From contig OZ024758.1 of the NCBI GenBank assembly GCA_964016885.1, positions 7,564,001 through 7,628,000 of the forward strand: a stretch of 64,000 nucleotides of DNA, given 5' to 3'. Source of the DNA: Eledone cirrhosa (taxonomy: Eukaryota). How positions within the stretch are numbered: the first letter of the stretch is position 1; each line of letters begins with the position of its first letter. The position numbers and the translations under genes are program-made. Positions 14,120 through 26,415 of the stretch are shown here, piece after piece. The notes beneath the pieces are model-generated. The model was not told the DNA's origin and did not search any database. It saw only the letters and a program-made list of their open reading frames with translations.

Positions 14120-14861
14120 TAATGAAATAATTTATCATTTTAGTAAATCTCTCAAAAATAATCTTCATTAATAATAGATAGAGTATTTCATTAGAAACGC
14201 AGTCATGAAAGGGTAAGGACATCTTTATTAACCACAAAATTAATACTATATGAAGTTTCTGTTCAATAGTAACTACAAATATAACCATACAGACAGATAC
14301 TTCTCAAAACAGTTAGGAAATACTTTTTGTTCATAGAAGCCATCTTAATATTTATCAATGCTTAAATTTTCAATGTTGTTTTACTAAGTTAGACAAAAGT
14401 AACAGCATCTAATCGTGTTTAGAGAACTAAACACCATAGATTTTTATATTGTGCAGTAATATGTCAAGAACAGAAAACAATAAACACATGCAAGAGAACT
14501 AACAGAAGAAAAACTCTTGATAAGGAAGACTTTAAGATAGTTGAAAGCAGAGAAAATGTTCCAACTTCTCAAAGAAAATCAAAGCCTGAAACAAATGAGA
14601 AGATTGTAAAATGTTTTGCTGCTTGTGTTCTTTATCTTGCGAGATATAAGAAAAGTTTTCAACAAAAAGTCTTGGCAATCTCTTCAACTGTACAAAACAT
14701 GAGAATGAAATCATAAAAAAAACATTCAACTATTAACAAAAAACAAGAAACAAGAAAACTCTTCAGTAAGCAACAATAAAGTAAAGTTCAACCATTCAAC
14801 TAAAGTCCACCAGTTGGAAGATGGTGGAAATATTCACAGTAAAACTATCAGTTTGTTGTAA

Positions 14862-15004
14862 TGACAGTGATGATGGGAGTGATGATGACTGTGGTGGTGG
14901 TGATGGTGATGACTGTGGTGGTGGTGATGGTGATGACTGTGGTGGTGGTGATGGTGATGACTGTGGTGATGATGATGGTGATGATAATGGTGATGGTGAC
15001 TGTG

Positions 15005-15036
<32 letters not shown>

Positions 15037-15287
15037 GATGATGGTGGTGATGGTCAACACCATTAGCATCACCATCGTTGTCAACATGGAGAAATAATAA
15101 GAAAAAGGGGGAGGAAGAGGAGGATGATGAAGGGGAAGATGAGGGGGAGGATGAAGAGGAAGATGAGGGGGAGGATGAAGTGGAAGATGAGGGGGAGGAT
15201 GAAGAGGAAGATGAGGGGGAAGATGAAGAGGAAGATGAGGGGGAGGATGAAGAGGAAAAGGAAAATGAGGAAGAGGTAGAGGAGGGG
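14862..15287. repeat. (GAT/GGT)n and GAG/GAA-rich low-complexity tracts
   Basis: Direct inspection. Confidence 0.9.
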
Positions 15288-15828
15288 AGTCTAAGTCAAT
15301 ATATGGGGAGAGTGAGTCTAAGTCAATACATGGGGTGAGTCTAAGTCAATACATGGGGAGAGTAAGTCAATATATGGGGAGAGTCTAAGTCAATATATGA
15401 GGAGAGTCTAAGTAAATATATGGGGAGTGTCTAAGTAAATATATGGGGAGAGTCTAAGTCAATATATGGGGAGTGTCTAAGTAAATATATGGGGAGAGTC
15501 TAAGTCAATATATGGGAAGTGTCTAAGTCAATATATGGGGAGAGTCTAAGTCAATATATGGGGAGAGTCTAAGTAAATATATGGGGAGAGTCTAAGTCAA
15601 TGTATGGGGAGAGTCTAAGTCAATGTATGGGGAGAGTCTAAGTCAATATATGGGGAGAGTCTAAGTCAATGTATGGGGAGAGTCTAAGTCAATGTATGGG
15701 GAGAGTCTAAGTAAATATATGGGGAGAGTCTAAGTCAATATATGGGGAGAGTCTAAGTCAATGTATGGGGAGAGTCTAAGTCAATGTATGGGGAGAGTCT
15801 AAGTCAATATATGGGGAGAGTCTAAGTA
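15288..15828. repeat. 23-bp minisatellite (AGAGTCTAAGTCAATATATGGGG), ~23 copies
   Basis: Period of 23 counted directly. There are no unique spacers. Confidence 0.95.
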
Positions 15829-16187
15829 TAAAGTAGAAATAAACCCAGAGTTGTTTTGTTCACCATTTATAGGAATAAAAAAACATTCCATCTATAAAAA
15901 GAATGATATAACAAGAGGAAAGAAAGAAGCAAAGCTAAAACCTTAACCAATATTATATGAAAGTAGTAAAACTAAAATAAACATGCTTCCTCTGATCAAT
16001 TTGCTTTTAATTATAATATAAACTAGCTCATTAATATTTAATGATTGATGAAAATACTGTAGTAGAAGTTAACTGAAGCACATTCTCTAGCAGTTACAAA
16101 AAACTGAAACTAAACACCACCACATTTATAATCTTTTCTAGACTTGAAAAAAGAGAAGCTGAGGAGATTGGATTTTGTTCCAAATTT

Positions 16188-16259
<72 letters not shown>

Positions 16260-16261
<2 letters not shown>

Positions 16262-16600
16262 ATTGGTGTGGGATGCTTAAAGCGTCTGTAAGCGGTAGGC
16301 CGTTTGAGCACTCAATGCTCTTACAGAGCAGAGTATAATATCACATAAGAAACGGAGAATCAGTGGTGCGACGAATAAGATTTATTAGACATATTACAAT
16401 CGCTTCTCTGGTGACCAGCTTGAGGCTCGATCGATGCAATGATCGAACCTGACTCTGAAATCGCAAGATCCTCAGATACGTCTCGAATCTACGAAGCAGA
16501 GTTTCCAAATGTCATTGCGTCAATCGTGCCTCGAGCTAGTCGCCAGATGTCTAATAAATTTTATTCGTCGCAACACTGATTCTCTGTTTCTTATGTGATA
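16260..16600 (-). mobile_element. Penelope-like terminal-repeat remnant: imperfect fold-back with a hammerhead-like fold (16388-16482)
   Basis: Inverted arms 16338-16392 / 16548-16600 plus inner inverted segments. The minus strand reads CUGAGGA...GAAG-CGAUUG-UA with a 7-bp stem I. Flanked by (TA)n. Confidence 0.65.
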
Positions 16601-16744
16601 TATATATATAAGTGCCAAGAAATCCCAGTAGAAGGAAGACACAGTAGAGGAAGACCACAAAAAACATGGGTGGAGGTGGTGACAGGACCGATCCCACCCT
16701 TGCAAGCAGGGAAAAGTGGATGTATGATGATGATGATGATATAT

Positions 16745-16910
16745 ATGTGTGTTAAGTATTTCCATGGAAAAGGTAAAGGAAAGGAGAGTGCTCTATGTAA
16801 AGTACAGAGCTATTTAATTATGTAATAAACAACACAATATAATTATCCCATTACCAAAGGTTTCATGAAGTTAGACAATTCTAACAGAAACGTATGATAT
16901 TGCTCATCAG
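16745..16910 (-). mobile_element. Hammerhead-bearing element Y, truncated by a SINE-A insertion
   Basis: Minus strand CTGATGA...GAAA-CCTTTGG-TA. Homologues at 23214-23375 (-) and 49221-49397 (+). Confidence 0.6.
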
Positions 16911-17038
16911 AAACTTTGCCTTTCATCCTTATGGGGTCGATAAAATAAAGTACCAGTAATGCACTGGGATAATTGCTGGCCTTGTGCCAAAAAGTAGAAA
17001 CAATTATTATTATTATTATTATTATTTCAACACCCTTA

Positions 17039-17245
17039 GGGAAGTGGATTAGCAGTATCGGTAGAGCATCAGACAATATGATTAGTGGCATATAGTTATT
17101 AGTCCAAACCCTGTCGAGTTTAGCTTTACCTTTCATTCTTATGGGGTTGATAAAATAAAGTACCAGTAACACACTGGGGTAGATTTAAATCAACTTTCCC
17201 CTTACACAAAATTGTTGGCCTTGTGCCTAAATCAGAAATCCTTAT
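17039..17245 (+). mobile_element. SINE family A (a partial copy precedes it at 16912-17005)
   Basis: A box, degenerate B box and core. Confidence 0.8.
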
Positions 17246-17864
17246 TTCAATACCCTTTTCAAAACGACCCCCCCCCCAAAAAAAAAGCCCAGCAAAAAAA
17301 ACAAAATAAAAAACCCCAGAAAGGACAAATAGAGTGAAAGAGAGAAAGTAAGCTTTACAATCAACCACCAAATTGAAGTATTTTATGTTTTTCCAGTGTA
17401 TCAGTAAGAAGAGTAGACAAACAGGAGACAGGTGCAAAGTTGATTTCAGTTGTCTACTTTCTCCTTTTGTTGATTTCATGTTATTAATCCTGTTGTAAAG
17501 TAGCTGAGGCATCAATCCAGCCCAGACATTCTCTTAACATTTCAATGTAACAGCAACCATAACAAATGCTGCTGAATCAAGTTCTTATTGTTTATTAGAT
17601 GAATATAAGCAGGCACCTATACATACATCTTTAGAAGCAATGACTTACAAATCCCACCCAGGAGATTCTCAAGTAGAAACCTGTTTTATGTAACGAGATG
17701 TGGAACTACATTGCTGTAATATTCCAAGCAATGACCACCCACAAAACATGTAAAAAAATATGGTTTATTCAGATTATTTAAAGTATGGTGGTATTAATCT
17801 TACCAATGGACAAAGAATGGAGAAAAAGTTGAGAACAGATCCTAAACAATACAACTCTCTCTCT

Positions 17865-18291
17865 CTCACACATGTACACACATCTACACATACACACTCA
17901 GACAGACACACACACACACTCACAGACAGAAGTACATCTACACATACACACATCTACACTCAGACATCTACACATACACACTTACATGAACACATATTCT
18001 ACACATATACACTCAGACAGACACACACACACAGACAGAAGTACATCTACACATACACACACATATTCACTCATATACACACACATCTACATATATTCAC
18101 TCACATACACATACACACACATCTACACATATTCACTCATATACACACACACATCTACACATATTCATTCATATACACACACATCTACATCTACACATTC
18201 ACTCATATACACACACACACACATCTACACATATTCACTCACATACACACACACATCTACACATATTCACTCATATACACACACACACATC

Positions 18292-18328
<37 letters not shown>

Positions 18329-18422
18329 CTACACACATTCACTCATATACACACACATCTACACATACACACACACATCTACACACATTCACTCATATAC
18401 ACACACACACACATCTACTCAC
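17865..18422. repeat. CA-rich compound minisatellite (ACACATATTCACTCATATACACAC...)
   Basis: Direct inspection. Confidence 0.9.
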
Positions 18423-19162
18423 AAGCAATCTGGCAGCTAAACTTACATATTACTGTATTCACAATAGTTTCAACTTTAAATGTTGTGTGTTTGTCTATAG
18501 AACATTATATTTAAAAACAATTTTGTGAAGGGGAGGGCGAGTCAATTAAATCAGCCCCAGTATATTACTGGTACTTAAGCTGTGGTTAGCTACATATCCT
18601 AGAGTTTTATATATGTGAGTATATTTGTTGGTACAATAATCCGAAAAGAACATCTTTACCAAACACTGAAGCACCCAAAACATCATAGTCACAGTTAGAC
18701 ATACAAATAATGGTCTGTTTCCCAATCTTCTTCCACACCACTCTTCAGAAATATCTACTAACAATTACTTGAATGCTGCACATTGGTAAAATGCCAACTT
18801 AGAAGAAACACAAAGAAAAATATCAAATCTAATTGATAACAGGAGAAAATAAACATGGAAGAAATTTTAATGAGAACAACTTGCTCACATTAAGTTAGTT
18901 TATAGCATATGAAAATGAAAGTTCTTTACTATAAAAAGAAAATTACACAAATATCTTTTAATTGTAATTGTTTATGTTAATTTAGTTTTATATAGCGTAA
19001 TCGCTTCTCTTTTTTCACATATGGATACAGAGAAAATTAAATTTTATAGCAGAGCAGTGAAATACTGGTTTCAATCAAATTCAAGAATGGCTGATAATTT
19101 ACAAGAGAAAATTATATGCTCTTTTACATTTCATGTTTTGTGTTGCTGCAATGACATTCAGT

Positions 19163-19826
19163 CAGTCCACTCTGTAAAGTAGTAGTGTTGGTGCTATAAT
19201 GAAATGCACCCAGTCCACTCTGTAAAGTAGTAGTGTTGGTGCTATAATGAAATGCACCCAGTCCACTCTGTAAAGTAATAGTGTTGGTGCTATAATGAAA
19301 TGCACCCAGTCCACTCTGTAATGTGTTGGTGCTATAATGAAATTCACCCAGTCTACTCTGTAATGTGGTAGTGTTGCTGCTATAATATAATACACCCAGT
19401 CCACCCTGTAAAGTGGTAGTGTTGGGGCCATGATAAAATACACTCTGTAAAGTGGTAGTGTCGGTGCTATAATAAAATGCACACAGTCCACTCTGTAAAG
19501 TAATAGTGTTGGTGCTATAATATAATGTATTCAGTCCATTCTGTAATGTGGCAGTGTTGGTGCTACAATTAATACACCCAGTCCACTCTGTAAAGTGGTA
19601 TTGCTGGTGCTACAATATAACACACCGAGCATACTCTGTAAAGTGGTAGTGTCGGTGCTATAATAAAATGTACACAGTCCACTCTGTAAAGTGGTTAGCA
19701 TTAGGAAGGGCACCCTAGAAACCATGGTAAAATGGAATGTATAAGTAAGATGTGGTCATCCAGACTATGACCACCACCTAACCCATGTCAGCATGGAAAA
19801 TGGATGCAAAATGTTGATGATGATGA
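19163..19826 (+). repeat. 48-bp minisatellite (~11 copies) amplified from a SINE internal segment and running into the SINE/RTE 3' tail
   Basis: Unit CAGTCCACTCTGTAAAGTAGTAGTGTTGGTGCTATAATGAAATGCACC. The last unit continues into GCATTAGGAAGGGCA...CCCATGTCAGCATGGAAAATGGATG..GATGATG. Confidence 0.85.
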
Positions 19827-19947
19827 AGGAGAGAATGCAAACTCTTTCATTGAGTTAGTTTCTTGTCAGTAAGCTACCAACAAATTAAACAAGATAAAAG
19901 GAGTTCAAGAGATTAAGGAGTTTATAGAAAGAAAATTGTGAATTTTC

Positions 19948-20176
19948 ATGACTAATTTCTAATGAAATACACTCTATTTCAATTAGTTAATGGAAAATTT
20001 TGAGGGATTTACTAAAATTATTAATTATTTCATTACTAAGATTGTAACATAATGTAAGGTACTTATATAAAATTATGTTGGAATATTTTAATTTAAATTG
20101 GAAACCTTTAAAATGTGTGTCGTTATTTCATAGAACCAGAACCAGTTTTGGCTGGGTTAGTCACAAATAAGTTAAT
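19948..20176 (+). mobile_element. AT-rich MITE family P2 (uninterrupted copy)
   Basis: Homologous to 49781-50227 (interrupted) and ~52466-52635 (reverse). Confidence 0.65.
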
Positions 20177-20473
20177 ATGTCCAGTATATCTGGGTTAGCA
20201 TTAAGTAAAACCTCTACAATTGGTAATATTCAATGAAAAAAAATGGAATATGTTGGTGTAGTGTGAGAAAAGGAAATATTAGTCAAGTTTTAAGTTTTTG
20301 AGATTATATTTTACTATTTAGTCAAGAGGAAGTTGAAGAAGTGACTTTCAAACTCCAGGAAAATGATGATTTAAAAAAGAGACCACAAAAAAACCCCACC
20401 AAACAACAACACACAAAAAAAAAGAAACAAATAAAATAAGAAACTGAATAGTCAAAACAATTTTTCTCCTTAC

Positions 20474-20612
20474 TTGCTTATTTCCTGCTTTTTTCCGTTT
20501 GAGGTATGGCCGGAAGTCATCTCCGTTCCTCACAAAATAATAATATGATATCAATCGTTCTAATGGCTTTCTGATAACATTGATAAATATTGGTTTCTTT
20601 ACCACCCCAAAC
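20474..20612 (-). CDS. HS2ST1: HS2ST1 internal coding exon with the 3'-phosphate-binding motif
   Basis: 139-nt exon, acceptor tttcttttcag, donor gtaagg. Translates (K)[46 protein letters not shown], close to vertebrate [43 protein letters not shown]. Confidence 0.96.
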
Positions 20613-21050
20613 CTGAAAAGAAAGAAAAAAAAAATACAAAGTTAATGAATATAAGTCATTTCACTTAAAATTGATTACATTTTGAAATATATAAATTTTA
20701 AATTAATTAAATATGTTTTTTTTCTCAGCAGCAGGTACAGCTGCATGGTTAAGGAGTTTCACAACCATGAGGTTCTGGATTTCATATCATATCACTGTGT
20801 AGCACCTTGGGCAAGTCTCTTCTACTATAGGCTTAAGTTGACTAATGCTTTGTGATAGGAATTTGGTCGATAGAAACTACAGAAGCCCATTGCGTATGTA
20901 TATATAAATATATTCATTTTATTAAGGCTAAATATAGTCTTGTGATAAACAGGCAAACCTCCAGAGTAACATGACTCACTATTTAGCCTTAATAAGATGA
21001 ATATTAAAACTCTACTTCGGTATTGAGTACTCTTTTCTCTCAGCATCAAC

Positions 21051-21085
<35 letters not shown>

Positions 21086-21373
21086 ACAGGTACACCTTGG
21101 CTTATGTCATTTTGAGTTTCATGATTTTTGAAGTTACGGCAGTTTTTTGGGGGGGAGTCACATATTCCTTGGCTTATAATTGAGTATATACGGTAGATGA
21201 CTAGTTTCTATGATCAAGAATGTCTACACAGTTGTAAAGTGTTATAAAACACAAAACCTTTCTTTAACAGCTATTATAGAGAAAGATGACACGCTTGTTA
21301 TCCAGAATTGAACTCACAACATCATAGTTGTTCAATTAATATTTAAAGCTGATCTGTGTGAAAACAGGGAAAT

Positions 21374-21540
21374 AATTGTTTCTACTTTTGGAACAAGGCC
21401 AGTAATTACCCCAGTGCATTACTGGTACTTTATTTTATCGACCCTGTAAGGATGAAAGGTAAAGTTAACCTCGGTGGGATTTGAACTCAGATCACAAAGG
21501 GCTGCAAAGCATGGCGTCCGACCCTCTACCGATACTGCCA
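21374..21540 (-). mobile_element. SINE family A
   Basis: Reverse-complement A box, B box and core. Confidence 0.85.
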
Positions 21541-22544
21541 GAGAAATAATAATAATACAAACATTTACAAAGCATGTAGTAAGATTGGAATTTTAAAATA
21601 TGTTTTTCTTTGTGCAAAGCTTCCACAACACATTTTAGCTATACAAATATATGAAAATAAATCAGAGCTATAAACAACCCCCAGAGAGAGAAAAAAGTGG
21701 ACAGAAATACCTCCAATTACCCCAAATTCATTTTATTTTCAACTATTTTATAGTTAAAAGTGTTGAGGCAGCTTTGCTTAAGTAAAACATGCTTTGAAAA
21801 GGAAAATAATAGTTGTAAATGAAAAGGGAAGCTTTTAAGAAAACAATGAAACTACACCATAGAAATTGTAATTAGGAATTGAATAAATTAACCTTTGAGT
21901 TAAACATGGCAATAAAGAATCATGGAATGAAGTCACGAGAAAAAGCAATAGTGTGAAAGGATATTGTGAGAGTAACAATTCTATCTTTCAACCATAATAT
22001 GGTATAATGTAATCAATGATTTACTCTTTTAGTCTCTTACGTGTTTCAGTCGACTGACTGAGTCCATGCTGGGGCAATGCCATTGTTCAGTAAAATATTT
22101 GAAAATCAAATTTAAGTAAAGAAATCTAAACTATTGAGAGAATTTTATAGAAGTAACTAAACTTTTAATTAATCATGTATGTGTGTCTTTGAATAAAAAG
22201 ATAGAAAAACAGAGTTGTGCAATTATATATTTTCTGGCATGTTTACATATTAAAAATGTGTATATTTATATACACATTATTGCACTCTCGGTTACACACT
22301 CTGTATTGTTACAGATATAAGTTTAAATATATGTTTGTACAAAAGAAAAACAAGAGATATCTGCCTATAAAAGACTAAAGAAAAACATTTGATTATATGT
22401 AACATGTGGCATTTCTATTCTATTACTCCTGTAACTCCTGATGGAGTAGTAGGGGCTTCATATTGAGATTCAGTGTTTCTTGGGCATCTTAAGCCCAACA
22501 GAGTCCACCACCCCTCCAGGCCTGAGTACAGCAGATTTCTTCCA

Positions 22545-22880
22545 GAGGCACATGGCTTAGTGGTTAGAGCATTGGCCTTGCAATAAAAGGTTGTGAGTTC
22601 AATTCTCAGACAGGGTGATGTGTTGTTTCCTTGAGCAAGACACTTTATTTCACATTGCTCCAGTTTACTCAGCTGTAGAAATGAGATGCTAGGGACTTGG
22701 GTCCCTATCATTCCACTGCAAAGTGGTCGTGGAGGTGCCACGGTTAAAAAGCACCCAGCACTCACTGTAAATGAGGTTGGTGTTAGGAAGGGCATCCAGC
22801 TGTAGAAATCAAGCCAGAATCAGTTCCCGTCCCACCCTTGCAAGCAGGGAAAAGCGGACGTAAAATGATGAAAAATGATG
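22545..22880 (+). mobile_element. Full-length tRNA-derived SINE family B with an RTE-type 3' tail
   Basis: A box TGGCTTAGTGG, B box GAGTTCAATTC, CORE-like CCTTGAGCAAGACACTT. The 3' end CCCACCCTTGCAAGCAGGGAAAAGCGGACGTAAAATGATG is shared with the RTE copy at 11575-12266. Confidence 0.88.
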
Positions 22881-22884
22881 AAAA

Positions 22885-22975
22885 AGGAAAAGAAATCGAA
22901 AATGCAACTGGAGTCTTTTTTAAGAATATTTATTTGTTTCCTTTACCAGTTTCACAGTTCTTATGCTTTTCACTC
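22885..22975 (-). mobile_element. Hammerhead-bearing element X, 5'-truncated copy
   Basis: Homologous to 48985-49082. The minus strand reads UGAAAA-GCAUAAGAACUGU-GAAA-CUGG-UA-AAGG. Confidence 0.6.
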
Positions 22976-22978
22976 TCT

Positions 22979-23024
<46 letters not shown>

Positions 23025-24339
23025 GTGTGTGTAGTAGTAGTGTCAAGAGTTTCTGTAGTCTAGATAAAGGAAAAAGAATGCTCTATGTTATGTACAGAGC
23101 TAAAGTATATTATTATAAATACATTCTCCACACAGCTGCATGCTACCTAAGGTTTCGAGGTCTACTCTAGCATAGGTGCTAGTGTTGTTTATCTTTCAGG
23201 ATATATATATATATATGTTAAGTATTTCCGTAGAAAAAGTAAAGGAAAGAAGAGTGCTCTATGTATTGTACAGAGCTATTTAATTATATAATAAACAACA
23301 CAATATAATTATTCCATTACCCAAGATTTCAGGAAGTTAGATGAGTCTAACAGAAACGTCTAGTTCATTCATCAACACAATATAATTAAATATATATATA
23401 TATATTAAACTCACAACCTTTTGATTGCAAGGCCGATGCTCTAACCACTAAGCCATGTGCCTCCATATATATATATATATATATAGAACATCCAAGAATC
23501 TCCTATGATATGCAGTCTTACATGAGGCTATCTAAGTTTACACAGGTGTGAGCTGTAATAACAGCAATAACAAATATCTTGGCTCTTGTCAAAGGAAAGA
23601 ATGCCTGTAGTTGTAAATGTGATTTTTAAGTTTGTTGTTTGAATTAGTTGCTAAGAACTTTGTTCAGATGTCAAGGAGTTTAAAACATTGTCATTTGAGT
23701 GTTACAACTGTTTTAGCAGACACCTGAAAGTGTCCCCGAGTTCTACTTCAACATTTGATCCAATAAAACATCCAGGATGTTACAGCTGGAAGGAGAGAAA
23801 GTTGCCCTTAATTGAGGGCTGGTACTTATCAACGACAGAAGGATGAAAGGCAAATTGGGGCCTCAGTAGGATTTTATCTCAGAGTATAGAAAACTAAAAT
23901 AGAATATCCAAAGCTCTAATGACTACTAAATTAACCACCTAAACAGATATGGGCGAAAATATGGTAAAAAAAAAATAAAAATAAATATATATATATATAA
24001 GTGGTAAGAAAATAACAAAAGTAATAAACAAATATAATCGGTAAGAAAATAAAATTCACAATTCTAATCTTGAAACATTGTTCTAAATTAAAAAAAGTAC
24101 ATTATTTAATTCAGTTTAGCAAGTTGAGTGGTAAAAGCCTTCCTCCGGAAAATAAATACCTTCAAATCCACCACATTTACGGCATTTTAGAATAATATAT
24201 ATGTTTGAGTGTGTGTGTGTATATATATATAAATATTACACACATATTCATACACACAGACACACATATATCCACCACATTTATGGCATTATAGAATAAT
24301 ATATATGTTTGTGTGTGTGTGTATATATATATACACACA

Positions 24340-24637
24340 CAGAGATATCCACGGTAAGTTGTGGGGTCTAGTCTGCATGAAGAACTCAATGTAATCCATA
24401 TGTTGAAAATGTTGTAGGTTAAAATAAATCCCGGAAAACAATAAAACATTAAAAGGAAAACAGTCATGAAATAAAAAATCAAGTCATTAGAAATATACTT
24501 CACTGCTTTACGATCGTTTCTAGGTGATGATAATACATCGTAACTATGCTTTGTTATGTATTATCATCACCTAGAAACGATCGTAAAGCAGTGAAGTATA
24601 TTTCTAATGACTTGATTTTTTTATTTCATTGTTTTAA
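24340..24637. mobile_element. Penelope-like remnant with a 73-bp-arm palindrome (24466-24629)
   Basis: Near-perfect inverted arms with a 17-nt spacer. Contains GAAACGATCGTA (hammerhead stem III/cleavage half). Confidence 0.6.
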
Positions 24638-24663
24638 CTTATATATTATATTACATACACATT

Positions 24664-24694
<31 letters not shown>

Positions 24695-25153
24695 TTCTTT
24701 AGTTTTATTCAATATTTGGAATAATTATATATATATATAAAGATTATTCCAAATATTGAATAAAACTAAAGAAAATTATTTAATAAAATTTATTCCCCAG
24801 AAGAAATTAAGATAAGATAGAACAACTGAAGAGCAAAACATTGTCAATATATGAGAGAATAATTATAGTATAAAGGTGAGAATCAAAATTAAATGAAAGA
24901 ACTTAAGTAATTTAGTAATGCAACAGCTATAGTAGATGTAGGTTGTGTAGAAGATGTAGGAAGGCTAAATAACCTGTAATTAATCTAATATTTTTCTAAG
25001 TGGATTAAAAATAATTATTTTAAGCAGGAGACAAAATATTCTTATTCAGCAGTCAAATAATTTTATTAAATGTTTTAATTGCTACTAGTTTTTCAGAAAA
25101 CAGGAAGCTGTGATTAAAATGTTTGACAAGCAAGGTCATGTGTGCTATTAATG

Positions 25154-25746
25154 AGGATTTCTGCATTCCAGATATTCTTAGTCTGCAAAACCTGGTTCAT
25201 TTCTTTTTCTCATTTCTAATATATTCCCCCATCCTAATTTGAAAATGTTAACACAACACTGGTAAATATTTTACTCAAACACACACACATGACTTGACTA
25301 ACTAAAATTTTAGATACTTCTATAAAATTCTCCTAAATTTAAAGTCTATTTCTACTTTTCATTTATGACTTTTACAGTAATTACATTTAAAGACAAAAGA
25401 GACCTTTTAAAGGGAGGCACAAGGTTGGTTTATTTAAGGAGAGGGTGTATCCACTTGTAGGATTTCTGCATTCCATATATTCTTAGTTTGCAAACCTGGT
25501 TCATTTCTTTTTCTCGTTTGTAATATATTCCCCAATCCTAATTTGAAAATGTTAACACAACGCTGGCAAATATTTTACTCAAACACACACATGACTTGAC
25601 TAAACATTGAGTTACTTTTATAAAATTCTGTTAAATTTATAGTCTGTTTAACTACTAATACATTAATTACATTCAAAGACAACAAAGACAATTTAAAGGC
25701 AAGCACAAGGTTGGTTTATTTAGGGAGAGGCTATATCCACTTGTAG
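25154..25746. repeat. ~300-bp diverged tandem duplication (25154-25460 / 25459-25746)
   Basis: Both units start AGGATTTCTGCATTCC and end TATCCACTTGTAG, with scattered substitutions and indels. Confidence 0.9.
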
Positions 25747-25904
25747 TTCATCATCATCAGCACCGTTTGATGTCTATTTTTCCATGCTAGCATAGGTTAG
25801 ATGAGTTGTCCCATTGTGAGGTAAGTCAGATCAGATGACTGTGTCTTGCTCATATAGAACTGTTTCTGGCTTGATTTCTATGGCTGAATGCCCGTCCTAA
25901 TGCC

Positions 25905-26277
25905 AACCACATTTACAGAGTGGACTGGGCACTTTTTGTCATTGGAGCAAAACAACCACTTTATCTTGTGGACTGGGTGTTTTTTGTCATTGCACCAAAA
26001 CAATCACTTTACATTGTGGACTGGGTGCTTTTTGTCATTGCACCAAAACAATCACTTTACATTGTGGACTGGGTGCTTTTTGTCATTGCACCAAAACAAT
26101 CACTTTACAGAGTGGACTGGGTGCTTTTTGCCATTGCACCAAAACAACCACTTTACATTGTGGACTGGGTGCTTTTTGCCATTGCACCAAAACAACCACT
26201 TTACAGTGTGGACTGGGCTCTTTTTGTTGTGACACCTACACAACTATTTTAGAGTCACTTTACAGTGTGGACTGGGT
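25905..26277 (-). repeat. 48-bp minisatellite (~7 copies) inside a SINE (tail at 25749-25904)
   Basis: Unit CACTTTACATTGTGGACTGGGTGCTTTTTGTCATTGCACCAAAACAAT, period 48. Confidence 0.88.
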
Positions 26278-26289
26278 CAAGGGAGGTTC

Positions 26290-26415
26290 AGGAAAGAAAA
26301 TAACTGCTGAGAAGATTGAGACACTCATCCTCTCGAGGAAGCCTGTGCAGTGCACTCTACATGTGAGTGGCGTTCCATTGAAGAAGCTGGAGATGTTTAA
26401 GTATCTTGGAACCAA
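26290..26415 (+). mobile_element. Short RTE-type RT fragment (end of RT domain)
   Basis: TAEKIETLILSRKPVQCTLHVSGVPLKKLEMFKYLG resembles K(T)E.L...L..V..FKYLG. Confidence 0.6.

Noticed and set aside
15288-15828. Regular 23-bp repeat (also the 31-, 45- and 48-bp arrays) as a possible CRISPR array
   Set aside because: Contiguous units without unique spacers, eukaryotic intron context and no cas genes.
1-20473. Searched for the next HS2ST1 exons (TFDECV...QIPFFCG, AKxNL, SHLRKT)
   Set aside because: Not found by eye. The KKCW ORF at 12690-12944 and the 14532-14729 ORF do not match. The exons probably lie beyond position 1; tBLASTn would settle it.
20348-20605. ORF-track 85-aa protein as a stand-alone gene
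   Set aside because: Only 20474-20612 is exonic. The rest reads through the donor into intron.
22545-22615. tRNA-like sequence with a TTGCAAT anticodon-like loop
   Set aside because: It is the head of a multi-copy SINE: the acceptor stem does not close and it continues into the SINE core and RTE tail.
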